From the NCBI GenBank assembly GCA_032718475.1, contig JAUCBJ010009141.1, positions 62,001 through 126,000 on the forward strand: a stretch of 64,000 nucleotides of DNA, read 5' to 3'. The notes under the pieces were generated by a model. That model had not been told where the DNA came from, searched no databases, and was given only the letters and a program-made list of their open reading frames with translations. The position numbers and the translations under genes were made by a program. This stretch comes from Nemertoderma westbladi (taxonomy: Eukaryota; Animalia; Xenacoelomorpha). Positions within the stretch are counted from its first letter, which is position 1; every line of letters starts with the position of its first letter. Shown in pieces: positions 1 through 14,366 of this stretch.

Positions 1-1539
1 GACTAGAGCTGAAGTTAACTCATAATACAATAATTCACCTCAAATATCTCAGCTATTTCATGAACATAATGAAGTATTAAAGCCATGTCAAAATCATTGG
101 TGTTTTTCTGCAATAATTTATCAAAATATCCTCTGATTTTTTTCAAAAACCACATCGATTTTCTTATTTATAACTTCTATCCCACTCCACGAGATAGAGA
201 ATCTTAAATGAACGTCAAAAGAACAGGTAACACTTACATTTATAGCAGTAATCAGCTGTTATTTGCTACGTCTTTCCGCTGGAGATGGATGAATTTTGAT
301 TGCGTTGGAACACCCCCTATCTGTGGCTGTCTGAGTGGAGAGATAAGTAGCCTATCTCCCTGTTAATATTGTTGTGTTCTAGAATATTTATTATAGTTTC
401 ATCGTATTGCCAAAGTGACTAGAGCTGAAGTTGACTCATAATACAATAATTCACCTCAAATATCTCAGCTATTTCAAGAACATAATGAAGTATTAAATCC
501 ATGTCAAATTCCTTGGTATTTTTCTGCAATAATTTATCAAAATATCCTCTGATTTTTTTCAAAAACCATATCAATTTTCATATTAATAACTTCTATCCCA
601 CTCAACGAGATAAAGTATCTTGTTGTGTTCTAGAATATTTTTTATAGTTTCATCGTATTGCCAAAGTGACAAGAGCTGAAGTTGTCTCATAATACAATAA
701 TTCACCTCAAATATCTCAGCTATTTCATGAACATAATAAAGTATTAAATCCATGTCAAAATCCTTGGTATTTTTCTGCAATAATTTATCAAAATATCCTC
801 TGATTTTTTTCAAAAACCATATCAATTTTCATATTTATAACTTCTATCCCACTCCACGAGATAGAGAATCTTAAATGAACATCAAAAGAACAGGTAACAC
901 TTACATTTATAGAAGTAATCAGCTGTTATTTGCTACGTCTTTCCGCTGGAGATGGATGAATTTTGATTGCGTTGGAACACCCCCTATCTGTGGCTTTCTG
1001 AGTGGAGAGATAAGTATCCTATCTCCCTATTAATATTGTTGTGTTCTAGAATATTTTTTATAGTTTCATCGTATTGCCAAAGTGACTAGAGCTGAAGTTA
1101 ACTCATAATACAATAATTCACCTCAAATATCTCAGCTATTTCATGAACATAATGAAGTATTAAATCCATGTCAAAATAATTGGTGTTTTTCTGCAATAAT
1201 TTATCAAAATATCCTCTGATTCTTTACTATAACCATATCGATTTTAATATTTATAACTTCTAACCCACTCCAAGAAATAGATAATCTTAAATGAAAATCA
1301 AAAGAACAGGTAACACTTACATTTATAGAAGTAATCAGCTGTTATTTGCTACGTCTTTCCGCTGAAGATGAATGAATTTTGATTGTGTCAGAAAACCCCC
1401 TATCTGTGGTTGTATGAGTTGAGAGATAAGTAGCCTATCTCCCTATTAATATTGTTGTGTTCTAGAATATTTATTATAGTTTCATCGCATTGCTAAAGTG
1501 GCTGGAGCTAAAGTTATTATGTAATGCAATAATTCACCT
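1..1539. repeat. ~416-bp satellite array, block 1
   Basis: GACTAGAGCTGAAGTT recurs at 1 and 417. The monomer carries TTCATGAA, CAGCTG and TTCTAGAA palindromes. One monomer has an internal deletion near 618. The block breaks after AATTCACCT at 1539. Confidence 0.97.
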
Positions 1540-2442
1540 GCGCGAAGGTTTCACGTGCTGCGCAAAGCTTAATGTTCTGTGTAAAGGCTTATTATAAAAT
1601 TATGTGGAAATTTTATATAATTTTGAATGTTTCTTAAGGTTGTCTCATTATACCATGACTATTTATTACTAAAAGACGAAATAGTATGCGATCAAATCAA
1701 TTCGCCAAAATGAAATTTGTTCACGTGCTGCGCGAAGTGTTTTATTGGCAAGCACTCTAAAATTATTTTAACGGGTTGTTAAAAGTGGGTAGGGTTTTTT
1801 TTGAACCAAATTTCATGAAATCCATTGAGAAATCACAAAATATGGATAGGGGATAACCAATGGAAAAAGAAATGGAGATACCAGTACTGAAAATAGCGGG
1901 AACATTTGAAATATATTGTTCTTAAACTTTAAATGCGTTTATCTCGGAATTGTATTTTTCACATTCAAAATACTACTACTCAGCCATTTCTTAACCAATT
2001 TTCGAAATTTTTTTTTTGTTTGATTTTTTTTCGGGTTTTGATCAAAAGTTATCGGTTAGAATTTTGAATTGTGCCATATTAATTTCTTGAAATTAGTTAA
2101 TATCTATTAAGTAATAATTAATATTAGTTAATAATATTTAAAAAATATTTAAGACCTAAATAAAAAATGTAACCGATAAGTTTTGTGGAGCCGAGGATGC
2201 TGATTCAGAAAAACCAAGTTTCGAAAATTTTCGCCCAAAATTGTGAGACTAGTAGTGTTTTTAGTGAAATTAACAATTTCGCTGGTGGCCGCTAGAGGGC
2301 AACGCAAATTTGAAAAAAATTTTTTGAACCCAATCTTTGGCCATATGTTAATCCCCCGAAAGGTATAAAATATACAAAATTACACAGAAGCAGAAATTAT
2401 AGCCATTTGCAAAAAAGGTCCATAGGGGGGTGTACCCCCCCC
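1540..2442. mobile_element. Truncated non-autonomous TTAA-targeting DNA transposon (Kolobok-like); only one terminus present
   Basis: 903-bp non-satellite, non-coding segment ending GGTCCATAGGGGGGTGTACCCCCCCC, followed by the satellite TTAA (2443-2446). A YY+TTAA end fits Kolobok (RR...YY, TTAA TSD) rather than piggyBac (GGG+TTAA). There is no matching left terminus, and ~165 bp of the monomer is missing across the insertion. Confidence 0.6.
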
Positions 2443-5400
2443 TTAAATGAACGTCAAAAGAACAGGTAACACTTACATTTATAGAAGTAATCAGCTGTTA
2501 TTTGCTACGTCTTTCCGCTGGAGATGGATGAATTTTGATTGCGTTGGAACACCCCCTATCTGTGGCTGTCTGAGTGGAGAGATAAGTATAGCCTATCTCC
2601 CTGTTAATATTGTTGTGTTCTAGAATATTTATTATAGTTTCATCGTATTGCCAAAGTGACTAGAGCTGAAGTTGACTCATAATACAATAATTCACCTCAA
2701 ATATCTCAGCTATTTCATGAACATAATGAAGTATTAAAGCCATTTCAAATTCCTTGGTATTTTTCTGCAATAATTTATCAAAATATCCTCTGATTTTATT
2801 CAAAAACCATATCAATTTTCATATTTATAACTTCTATCCCACTCCACGAGATAGAGAATCTTAAATGAACATCAAAAGAACAGGTAACACTTACATTTAT
2901 AGAAGTAATCAGCTGTTATTTGCTACGTCTTTCCGCTGGAGATGGATGAATTTTGATTGCATTGGAACACCCCCTATCTGTGGCTTTCTGAGTGGAGAGA
3001 TAAGTATCCTATCTCCCTATTAATATTGTTGTGTTCTAGAATATTTTTTATAGTTTCATCGTATTGCCAAAGTGACTAGAGCTGAAGTTAACTCATAATA
3101 CAATAATTCACCTCAAATATCTCAGCTATTTCATGAACATAATGAAGTATTAAATCCATGTCAAAATAATTGGTGTTTTTCTGCAATAATTTATCAAAAT
3201 ATCCTCGGATTCTTTACTATAACCATATCGATTTTAATATTTATAACTTCTAACCCACTCCACGAGATAGATAATCTTAAATGAAAATCAAAAGAACAGG
3301 TAACACTTACATTTATAGAAGTAATCAGCTGTTATTTGCTACGTCTTTCCGCTGAAGATGAATGAATTTTGATTGTGTCAGAAAACCCCCTATCTGTGGT
3401 TGTATGAGTTGAGAGATAAGTAGCCTATCTCCTTATTAATATTGTTGTGTTCTAGAATATTTATTATAGTTTCATCGTATTGCCAAAGTGACAAGAGCTG
3501 AAGTTGTCTCATAATACAATAATTCACCTCAAATATCTCAGCTATTTCATGAACATAATGAAGTATTGAATCCTTGGTATTTTTCTGCAATAATTTATCA
3601 AAATATCCTCTGATTTTTTACAAAAACCATATCAATTTTAATATTTATAACTTCTATCCCACTCCACGAGATAGAGAATCTTAAATGAACGTCAAAAGAA
3701 CAGGTAACACTTACATTTATAGAAGTAATCAGCTGTTATTTGCTACGTCTTTCCGCTGGAGATGGATGAATTTTGATTGCGTTGGAACACCCCCTATCTG
3801 TGGCTTTCTGAGTGGAGAGATAAGTATCCTATCTCCCTATTAATATTGTTGTGTTCTAGAATATTTTTTATAGTTTCATCGTATTGCCAAAGTGACAAGA
3901 GCTGAAGTTGTCTCATAATACAATAATTCACCTCAAATATCTCAGCTATTTCATGAACATAATGAAGTATTGAATCCTTGGTATTTTTCTGCAATAATTT
4001 ATCAAAATATCCTCTGATTTTTTTCAAAAACCATATCAATTTTCATATTTATAACTTCTATCCCACTCCACGAGATAGAGAATCTTAAATGAACGTCAAA
4101 AGAACAGGTAACACTTACATTTATAGAAGTAATCAGCTGTTATTTGCTATGTCTTTCCGCTGGAGATGGATGAATTTTGATTGCGTTGGAACACCCCCTA
4201 TCTGTGACTTTCTGAGTGGAGAGATAAGTATCCTATCTCCCTATTAATATTGTTGTGTTCTAGAATATTTTTTATAGTTTCATCGTATTGCCAAATTGAC
4301 TAGAGCTGAAGTTAACTCATAATACAATAATTCACCTCAAATATCTCAGCTATTTCATGAACATAATGAAGTATTAAAGCCATGTCAAAATAATTGGTGT
4401 TTTTCTGCAATAATTTATCAAAATATCCTCTGATTCTTTACTATAACCATATCGATTTTAATATTTATAACTTCTAACCCACTCCACGAGATAGATAATC
4501 TTAAATGAAAATCAAAAGAACAGGTAACACTTACATTTATAGAAGTAATCAGCTGTTATTTGCTACGTCTTTCCGCTGAAGATGAATGAATTTTGATTGT
4601 GTCAGAAAACCCCCTATCTGTGGTTGTATGAGTTGAGAGATAAGTAGCCTATCTCCCTATTAATATTGTTGTGTTCTAGAATATTTATTATAGTTTCATC
4701 GCATTGCTAAAGTGGCTGGAGCTAAAGTTATTATGTAATGCAATAATTCACCTCAAATATCTCAGCTATTTCATGAACATAATGAAGTATTAAATCCATG
4801 TCAAAATCCTTGGTATTTTTCTGCAATAATTTATCAAAATATCCTCTGATTTTTTTCAAAAACCATATCAATTTTCATATTTATAACTTCTATCCCACTC
4901 CACGAGATAAAGAATCTTAAATGAAAGTCAAAAGAACAGGTAACACTTACATTTATAGAAGTAATCAGCTGTTATTTGCTACGTCTTTCCGCTGGAGATG
5001 GATGAATTTTGATTGCGTTGGAACACCCCCTATCTGTGGCTTTCTGAGTGGAGAGATAAGTATCCTATCTCCCTATTAATATTGTTGTGTTCTAGAATAT
5101 TTTTTATAGTTTCATCGTATTGCCAAAGTGACTAGAGCTGAAGTTAACTCATAATACAATAATTCACCTCAAATATCTCAGCTATTTCATGAACATAATG
5201 AAGTATTAAATCCATGTCAAAATAATTGGTGTTTTTCTGCAATAATTTATCAAAATATCCTCTGATTCTTTACTATAACCATATCGATTTTAATATTTAT
5301 AACTTCTAACCCACTCCAAGAAATAGATAATCTTAAATGAAAATCAAAAGAACAGGTAACACTTACATTTATAGAAGTAATCAGCTGTTATTTGCTACGT

Positions 5401-8400
5401 CTTTCCGCTGAAGATGAATGAATTTTGATTGTGTCAGAAAACCCCCTATCTGTGGTTGTATGAGTTGAGAGATAAGTAGCCTATCTCCCTGTTAATATTG
5501 TTGTGTTCTAGAATATTTATTATAGTTTCATCGTATTGCCAAAGTGACTAGAGCTGAAGTTGACTCATAATACAATAATTCACCTCAAATATCTCAGCTA
5601 TTTCATGAACATAATTAAGTATTAAATCCATGTCAAATTCCTTGGTATTTTTCTGCAATAATTTATCAAAATATCCTCTGATTTTTTTTAAAAACCATAT
5701 CAATTTTCATATTTATAACTTCTATCCCACTCCACGAGATAGAGAATCTTAAATGAACGTCAAAAGAACAGGTAACACTTACATTTATAGAAGTAATCAG
5801 CTGTTATTTGCTACGTCTTTCCGCTGGAGATGGATGAATTTTGATTGCGTTGGAACACCCCCTATCTGTGGCTGTCTGAGAGGAGAGATAAGTAGCCTAT
5901 CTCCCTGTTAATATTGTTGTGTTCTAGAATATTTATTATAGTTTCATCGTATTGCCAAAGTGACTAGAGCTGAAGTTGACTCATAATACAATAATTCACC
6001 TCAAATATCTCAGCTATTTCATGAACATAATGAAGTATTAAAGCCATTTCAAATTCCTTGGTATTTTTCTGCAATAATTTATCAAAATATCCTCTGATTT
6101 TATTCAAAAACCATATCAATTTTCATATTTATAACTTCTATCCCACTCCACGAGATAGAGAATCTTAAATGAACATCAAAAGAACAGGTAACACTTACAT
6201 TTATAGAAGTAATCAGCTGTTGTTATTTGCTACGTCTTTCCGCTGGAGATGGATGAATTTTGATTGCATTGGAACACCCCCTATCTGTGGCTTTCTGAGT
6301 GGAGAGATAAGTATCCTATCTCCCTATTAATATTGTTGTGTTCTAGAATATTTTTTATAGTTTCATCGTATTGCCAAAGTGACTAGAGCTGAAGTTAACT
6401 CATAATACAATAATTCACCTCAAATATCTCAGCTATTTCATGAACATAATGAAGTATTAAATCCATGTCAAAATAATTGGTGTTTTTCTGCAATAATTTA
6501 TCAAAATATCCTCGGATTCTTTACTATAACCATATCGATTTTAATATTTATAACTTCTAACCCACTCCACGAGATAGATAATCTTAAATGAAAATCAAAA
6601 GAACAGGTAACACTTACATTTATAGAAGTAATCAGCTGTTATTTGCTACGTCTTTCCGCTGAAGATGAATGAATTTTGATTGTGTCAGAAAACCCCCTAT
6701 CTGTGGTTGTATGAGTTGAGAGATAAGTAGCCTATCTCCCTATTAATATTGTTGTGTTCTAGAATATTTATTATAGTTTCATCGCATTGCTAAAGTGGCT
6801 GGAGCTAAAGTTAAAAGGTAATGCAATAATTCACCTCAAATATCTCAGCTATTTCATGAACATAATGAAGTATTAAATCCATGTCAAAATCCTTGGTATT
6901 TTTCTGCAATAATTTATCAAAATATCCTCTGATTTTTTCCAAAAACCATATCAATTTTCATATTTATAACTTCTATCCCACTCCACGAGATAAAGAATCT
7001 TAAATGAAAGTCAAAAGAACAGGTAACACTTACATTTATAGAAGTAATCAGCTGTTATTTGCTACGTCTTTCCGCTGGAGATGGATGAATTTTGATTGTG
7101 TCAGAACACGCCTTATCTGTGGCTGTCTAAGTGGAGAGATAAGTATCCTATCTCCCTATTAATATTGTTGTGTTCTAGAATATTTTTTATAGTTTCATCG
7201 TATTGCCAAAGTGACAAGAGCTGAAGTTGTCTCATAATACAATAATTCACCTCAAATATCTCAGCTATTTCATGAACATAATGAAGTATTGAATCCTTGG
7301 TATTTTTCTGCAATAATTTATCAAAATATCCTCTGATTTTTTACAAAAACCATATCAATTTTAATATTTATAACTTCTATCCCACTCCACGAGATAGAGA
7401 ATCTTAAATGAACGTCAAAAGAACAGGTAACACTTACATTTATAGAAGTAATCAGCTGTTATTTGCTACGTCTTTCCGCTGGAGATGGATGAATTTTGAT
7501 TGCGTTGGAACACCCCCTATCTGTGGCTTTCTGAGTGGAGAGATAAGTGTCCTATCTCCCTATTAATATTGTTGTGTTCTAGAATATTTTTTATAGTTTC
7601 ATCGTATTGCCAAAGTGACAAGAGCTGAAGTTGTCTCATAATACAATAATTCACCTCAAATATCTCAGCTATTTCATGAACATAATGAAGTATTGAATCC
7701 TTGGTATTTTTCTGCAATAATTTATCAAAATATCCTCTGATTTTTTTCAAAAACCATATCAATTTTCATATTTATAACTTCTATCCCACTCCACGAGATA
7801 GAGAATCTTAAATGAACGTCAAAAGAACAGGTAACACTTACATTTATAGAAGTAATCAGCTGTTATTTGCTATGTCTTTCCGCTGGAGATGGATGAATTT
7901 TGATTGCGTTGGAACACCCCCTATCTGTGACTTTCTGAGTGGAGAGATAAGTATCCTATCTCCCTATTAATATTGTTGTGTTCTAGAATATTTTTTATAG
8001 TTTCATCGTATTGCCAAATTGACTAGAGCTGAAGTTAACTCATAATACAATAATTCACCTCAAATATCTCAGCTATTTCATGAACATAATGAAGTATTAA
8101 AGCCATGTCAAAATAATTGGTGTTTTTCTGCAATAATTTATCAAAATATCCTCTGATTCTTTACTATAACCATATCGATTTTAATATTTATAACTTCTAA
8201 CCCACTCCACGAGATAGATAATCTTAAATGAAAATCAAAAGAACAGGTAACACTTACATTTATAGAAGTAATCAGCTGTTATTTGCTACGTCTTTCCGCT
8301 GAAGATGAATGAATTTTGATTGCATTGGAACACCCCCTATCTGTGGCTGTCTGAGAGGAGAGATAAGTAGCCTATCTCCCTGTTAATATTGTTGTGTTCT

Positions 8401-11400
8401 AGAATATTTATTATAGTTTCATCGTATTGCCAAAGTGACTAGAGCTGAAGTTGACTCATAATACAATAATTCACCTCAAATATCTCAGCTATTTCATGAA
8501 CATAATGAAGTATTAAAGCCATGTCAAATTCCTTGGTATTTTTCTGCAATAATTTATCAAAATATCCTTTTTTATAGTAACACCTCAAATATCTCAGCTA
8601 TTTCATGAACATAATGAAGTATTAAATCCATGTCAAAATCCTTGGTATTTTTCTGCAATAATTTATCAAAATATCCTCTGATTTTTTTCAAAAACCATAT
8701 CAATTTTCATATTTATAACTTCTATCCCACTCCACGAGATAAAGAATCTTAAATGAAAGTCAAAAGAACAGGTAACACTTACATTTATAAAGTAATCAGC
8801 TGTTATTTGCTACGTCTTTCCGCTGGAGATGGATGAATTTTGATTGTGTCAGAACACCCTCTATCTATGGCTGTCTGAGTTGAGAAATAAGTAGCCTATC
8901 TCCCTATTAATATTGTTGTGTTCTAGAATATTTATTATAGTTTCATCGCATTGCTAAAGTGGCTGGAGCTAAAGTTATTATGTAATGCAATAATTCACCT
9001 CAAATATCTCAGCTATTTCATGAACATAATGAAGTATTAAATCCATGTCAAATTCCTTGGTATTTTTCTGCAATAATTTATCAAAATATCCTCTGATTTT
9101 TTTCAAAAACCATATCAATTTTCATATTTATAACTTCTATCCCACTCAACGAGATAAAGTATCTTAAATGAAAGTCAAAAGAACAGGTAACACTTACATT
9201 TATAGAAGTAATCATCTGTTATTTGCTACGTCTTTCCGCTGGAGATGGATTAATTTTGATTGCGTTGGAACAACCCCTATCTGTGGCTTTCTGAGTGGAG
9301 AGATAAGTATCCTATCTCCCTATTAATATTGTTGTGTTCTAGAATATTTTTTATAGTTTCATCGTATTGCCAAAGTGACTAGAGCTGAAGTTGTCTCATA
9401 ATGCAATAATTCACCTAAATATCTCAGCTATTTCATGAACATAATGAAGTATTAAATCCATGTCAAAATCCTTGGTATTTTTCTGCAATAATTTATCAAA
9501 ATATCCTCTGATTTTTTTTCAAAAACCATATCAATTTTCATATTTATAACTTCTATCCCACTCCACGAGATAGAGAATCTTAAATGAACGTCAAAAGAAC
9601 AGGTAACACTTACATTTATAGCAGTAATCAGCTGTTATTTGCTACGTCTTTCCGCTGGAGATGGATGAATTTTGATTGCATTGGAACACCCCCTATCTGT
9701 GGCTGTCTGAGAGGAGAGATAAGTAGCCTATCTCCCTGTTAATATTGTTGTGTTCTAGAATATTTATTATAGTTTCATCGTATTGCCAAAGTGACTAGAG
9801 CTGAAGTTGACTCATAATACAATAATTCACCTCAAATATCTCAGCTATTTCATGAACATAATGAAGTATTAAAGCCATGTCAAATTCCTTGGTATTTTTC
9901 TGCAATAATTTATCAAAATATCCTCTGATTTTTTTAAAAAACCACATCAATTTTCATATTTATAACTTCTATCCCACTCAACGAGATAAAGTATCTTAAA
10001 TGAAATTCAAAAGAACAGGTAACACTTACATTTATAGAAGTAATCAGCTGTTATTTGCTACGTCTTTCCGCTGGAGATGGATGAATTTTGATTGCGTTGG
10101 AACACCCCCTATCTGTGGCTTTCTGAGTGGAGAGATAAGTATCCTATCTCCCTATTAATATTGTTGTGTTCTAGAATATTTATTATTGTTTCATCGTATT
10201 GCTAAAGTGGCTGGAGCTAAAGTTATTATGTAATGCAATAATTCACCTCAAATATCTCAGCTATTTCATGAACATAATGAAGTATTAAAGCCATGTCAAA
10301 ATCCTTGGTGTTTTTCTGCAATAATTTATCAAAATATCCTCTGATTTTTTACAAAAATCATATCGATTTTCATATTTATAACTTCTATCCCACTCCACGA
10401 GATAGAGAATCTTAAATGAACGTCAAAAGAACAGGTAACACTTACATTTATAGCAGTAATCAGCTGTTATTTGCTACGTCTTTCCGCTGGAGATGGATGA
10501 ATTTTGATTGCGTTGGAACACCCCCTATCTGTGGCTGTCTGAGAGGAGAGATAAGTAGCCTATCTCCCTGTTAATATTGTTGTGTTCTAGAATATTTATT
10601 ATAGTTTCATCGTATTGCCAAAGTGACTAGAGCTGAAGTTGACTCATAATGCAATAATTCACCTCAAATATCTCAGCTATTTCATGAACATAATGAAGTA
10701 TTAAATCCATGTCAAATTCCTTGGTATTTTTCTGCAATAATTTATCAAAATATCCTCTGATTTTTTTCAAAAACCATATCAATTTTCATATTTATAACTT
10801 CTATCCCACTCCACGAGATAAAGAATCTTAAATGAAAGTCAAAAGAACAGGTAACACTTACATTTATAGAAGTAATCAGCTGTTATTTGCTACGTCTTTC
10901 CGCTGGAGATGGATGAATTTTGATTGTGTCAGAACACCCCCTATCTGTGGCTGTCTGAGTTGAGAAATAAGTAGCCTATCTCCCTATTAATATTGTTGTG
11001 TTCTAGAATATTTATTATAGTTTCATCGTATTGCTAAAGTGGCTGGAGCTAAAGTTATTATGTAATTAATGCAATAATTCACCTCAAATAACTCAGCTAT
11101 TTCATGAACATAATGAAGTATTAAAGCCATGTCAAAATCCTTGGTGTTTTTCTGCAATAATTTATCAAAATATCCTCTGATTTTTTACAAAAATCATATC
11201 GATTTTCATATTTATAACTTATATCCCACTCAACGAGATAAAGTATCTTAAATGAAAGTCAAAAGAACAGGTAACACTTACATTTATAGAAGTAATCAGC
11301 TGTTATTTGCTACGTCTTTCTGCTGGAGATGGATTAATTTTGATTGCGTTGGAACACCCCCTATCTGTAGCTTTCTGAGTGGAGAGATAAGTATCCTATC

Positions 11401-12362
11401 TCCCTATTAATATTGTTGTGTTCTAGAATATTTTTTATAGTTTCATCGTATTGCCAAAGTGACTAGAGCTGAAGTTAACTCATAATACAATAATTCACCT
11501 CAAATATCTCAGCTATTTCATGAACATAATGAAGTATTAAAGCCATGTCAAAATCATTGGTGTTTTTCTGCAATAATTTATCAAAATATCCTCTGATTTT
11601 TTTCAAAAACCATATCAATTTTCATATTTATAACTTCTATCCCACTCCACGAGATAGAGAATCTTAAATGAACGTCAAAAGAACAGGTAACACTTACATT
11701 TATAGAAGTAATCAGCTGTTATTTGCTACGTCTTTCCGCTGGAGATGGATGAATTTTGATTGCGTTGGAACACCCCCTATCTGTGGCTTTCTGAGTGGAG
11801 AGATAAGTATCCTATCTCCCTATTAATATTGTTGTGTTCTAGAATATTTTTTATAGTTTCATCGTATTGCCAAAGTGACTAGAGCTGAAGTTAACTCATA
11901 ATACAATAATTCACCTCAAATATCTCAGCTATTTCATGAACATAATGAAGTATTAAAGCCATGTCAAAATCATTGGTGTTTTTCTGCAATAATTTATCAA
12001 AATATCCTCTGATTTTTTTCAAAAACCATATCAATTTTCATATTTATAACTTCTATCCCACTCCACGAGATAGAGAATCTTAAATGAACGTCAAAAGAAC
12101 AGGTAACACTTACATTTATAGAAGTAATCAGCTGTTATTTGCTACGTCTTTCCACTGGAGATGGATGAATTTTGATTGCGTTGGAACACCCCCTATCTGT
12201 GGCTTTCTGAGTGGAGAGATAAGTATCCTATCTCCCTATTAATATTGTTGTGTTCTAGAATATTTTTTATAGTTTCATCGTATTGCCAAAGTGACTAGAG
12301 CTGAAGTTAATTCATAATACAATAATTCACCTCAAATATCTCAGCTATTTCATGAACATAAT
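2443..12362. repeat. ~416-bp satellite array, block 2 (~24 monomers)
   Basis: Monomer starts at 11461 and 11877 give a 416-bp period. Variant blocks repeat 3723 bp apart (3390/7113, 3794/7517). Confidence 0.98.
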
Positions 12363-14360
12363 ATATTAATTCGATACACCCCCAGGCGGGGTAAATGGAA
12401 ACCAGTAAAATTTATGTACATAAATAAATAGAAAATAAATTGAATACAATTATTAGTTATTGAGATGCGAGACGGGAAAGTGGAGGGCAGTCGCTGCAGT
12501 TCAGTGCATGATATCGTCGTGTACATGGGAGGTTACAGTACTGACATATACATTCGGTGGATAGCGAGTGGAAAGGCGTTTGGTTGATGCAGATTAGGTG
12601 GGGGAACCCATGGGCGGTCGCACGAGTAATAACGTGCCTGTTACGCTGACCAGCCATCTTCCAATGGGAGCTCTGGAATCCGGGGCCGTCCAGAAAAGAT
12701 TCTGTGATGAAGTTGTTGTTGCGTTCGCGTCGGTGCTCGCGGTATCTGGAGGAGACGTCATCAGTTAATAAGTCTGGATATTTCAATAGTACTGCGGCCA
12801 TAAATGGAGGTTCGTTAATCAAGTTTAGAGCGAGTGTAGAGGAGGCTGATGTGTGGAGAGACAACATTCTTTTGATGTGTTGCGTCTTTATTTTATCCAA
12901 TTCTTTAAGGTTCTGTAATGTTAGGTATTTACCAATACTAGTTATTAGGTAGAGTGCTGAAGGGGCAATTTTCATGTTGAATATTTTTAGTCCTGTTTCA
13001 ATAGAGAGTAAACGGAGATGTGTCAGTGAACCGATTGTTGAATAAGCAGTGGCTTTCTTTAACTGGATGTGCTCAGAGAAGCAGAGGGACAGTTGAAGGA
13101 CTAGTCCGAGATACTCGTAACGGTTGACGATTTCTATGGGAGTGTTATTGTAGGTAAACTTGTCTGCGCGAGCTAGACGCCCGGCTTTACGGAATTTAAT
13201 AATTTTAGTTTTCTTTAAGTTTACAGTCATTCCGTTTAGGAGGCACCAATCATATAACGCATTGAGAGCGCGTTGTAGTTCCTCGCGGTCATCGGAATAC
13301 AGTGCCAGATCATCTGCGTAGAATATCAGTTTAATAAATCGACACACCCTAAGTATTGTGTGGGCGAGATCAGCGATAAATATTATAAAACACGTTGGGG
13401 ATAGACAATCACCCTGGAGGATTCCGCGAAGTTGCTTAATGGTTTTCGATAGAAGGAGTCCGTCGTATATTCGGATGTCATTGTTTAGTAGATCTTTAAT
13501 TATACCGTAAATCTTCCCTTTAATACCAAAGTTATATAACTTGTAAAGAAGAACTGCCCTTGGGACAACATCAAACGCCTTCCGGAAGTCGACGAACGCG
13601 ACAAAAAGAAATCGCTTGCCGGAGCCAGTTCGCCGGAAGGACGCCGAGATATCGGCAAGAAGTTGCTCCACCGCGTGGCGAGCATAAATCCGTATTGGAC
13701 CCCGGGTATTAGGTGGATTATGTGTAGGCGAATTCGCTTATTAATTATTGATGTAAATAATTTCAGGAGAACCGAGAGGAGAGCGATTCCTCTATAATTA
13801 TCTGGATCTGTTACAGAACCTTTTCGTTTGTAAAGGATCTTTATGATACTCTGATACCACAGTGTTGGTAATTTCCCGAGGTTAATACAGGCATTGTATA
13901 AGAGTGTTAAGGGGACTAGAATAAATACGATGGTGGACTTTAGGTGTTCATAGAACAGTTGATCGGGGCCGCAGGATTTATTGTTCGCAGAATTGCGGAT
14001 GGTTGCCGCAACTTCCTCGGCTGTGATTGGTTCATTGAACCATTCAGTGGAGGTTCGCTCACTGTCGGAAGAGTCGGGAACGGTTGGGCAGGATGGCGGG
14101 ATGTTAGGGGTACCGACGAGGTTGGAGAAGTGGGACTCCAGCCTTGTGGAATCTATGGGGGCGACTGAGGATTGTGTATCCTTAAATAGGAGCCAAGTTT
14201 TCACCTCAGCTTTATTGAGTTTTTGTAAGAGGCAGTTGTCCTCGTACTCCTGTCGTTTCGTTTTGATTAGCTTCTTATACTGTTTACGTTGATTCCAGAA
14301 TTCCTTATTGTCGTCGCTAGACTGTTCGCGTCTCGTCATTGCCAGTAAGATGGAACGCTT
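12363..14360 (-). mobile_element. 5'-truncated LINE (non-LTR retrotransposon; clade uncertain, RTEX/L2/CR1-like RT)
   Basis: Minus-strand RT in two overlapping frames, followed by a ~95-bp AT-rich 3' UTR with a small hairpin (ACCCC-GCCT-GGGG) that abuts the satellite at 12362/12363. The endonuclease domain and ORF1 are absent. Confidence 0.9.
12457..14360 (-). pseudogene. LINE ORF2 fragment: reverse transcriptase plus C-terminal Cys/His-rich domain, frameshift near 13680
   Basis: Motifs KSCGPD, NYRGIALLS, QYGFM (ORF 13500..14567; its first ~70 aa are antisense BEL gag), then FVDFRKAFDVV, GILQGDCLSP, YADD, YEYLG and C-terminal HGFPHLIC..FH..CICQYCNLPC..YH...C (ORF 12457..13671). Confidence 0.92.
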
Positions 14361-14366
14361 AAGTCG

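Noticed and set aside
1355-1400. Hammerhead ribozyme in the satellite (CTGAAGA core in some monomers)
   Set aside because: Most monomers read CTGGAGA, and no stem II followed by a correctly placed GAAA and flanking stems could be built.
11660-11700. Minus-strand GTAAGT...TTTAAG as a mini-intron in each monomer
   Set aside because: It is only ~33 nt long, and splicing it does not give a convincing continuous ORF. Such motifs are expected by chance in AT-rich DNA.
1-12362. CRISPR-like array or prokaryotic repeat system
   Set aside because: The units are contiguous 416-bp monomers with no unique spacers. There are no cas genes, and all neighbouring elements are eukaryotic TEs.
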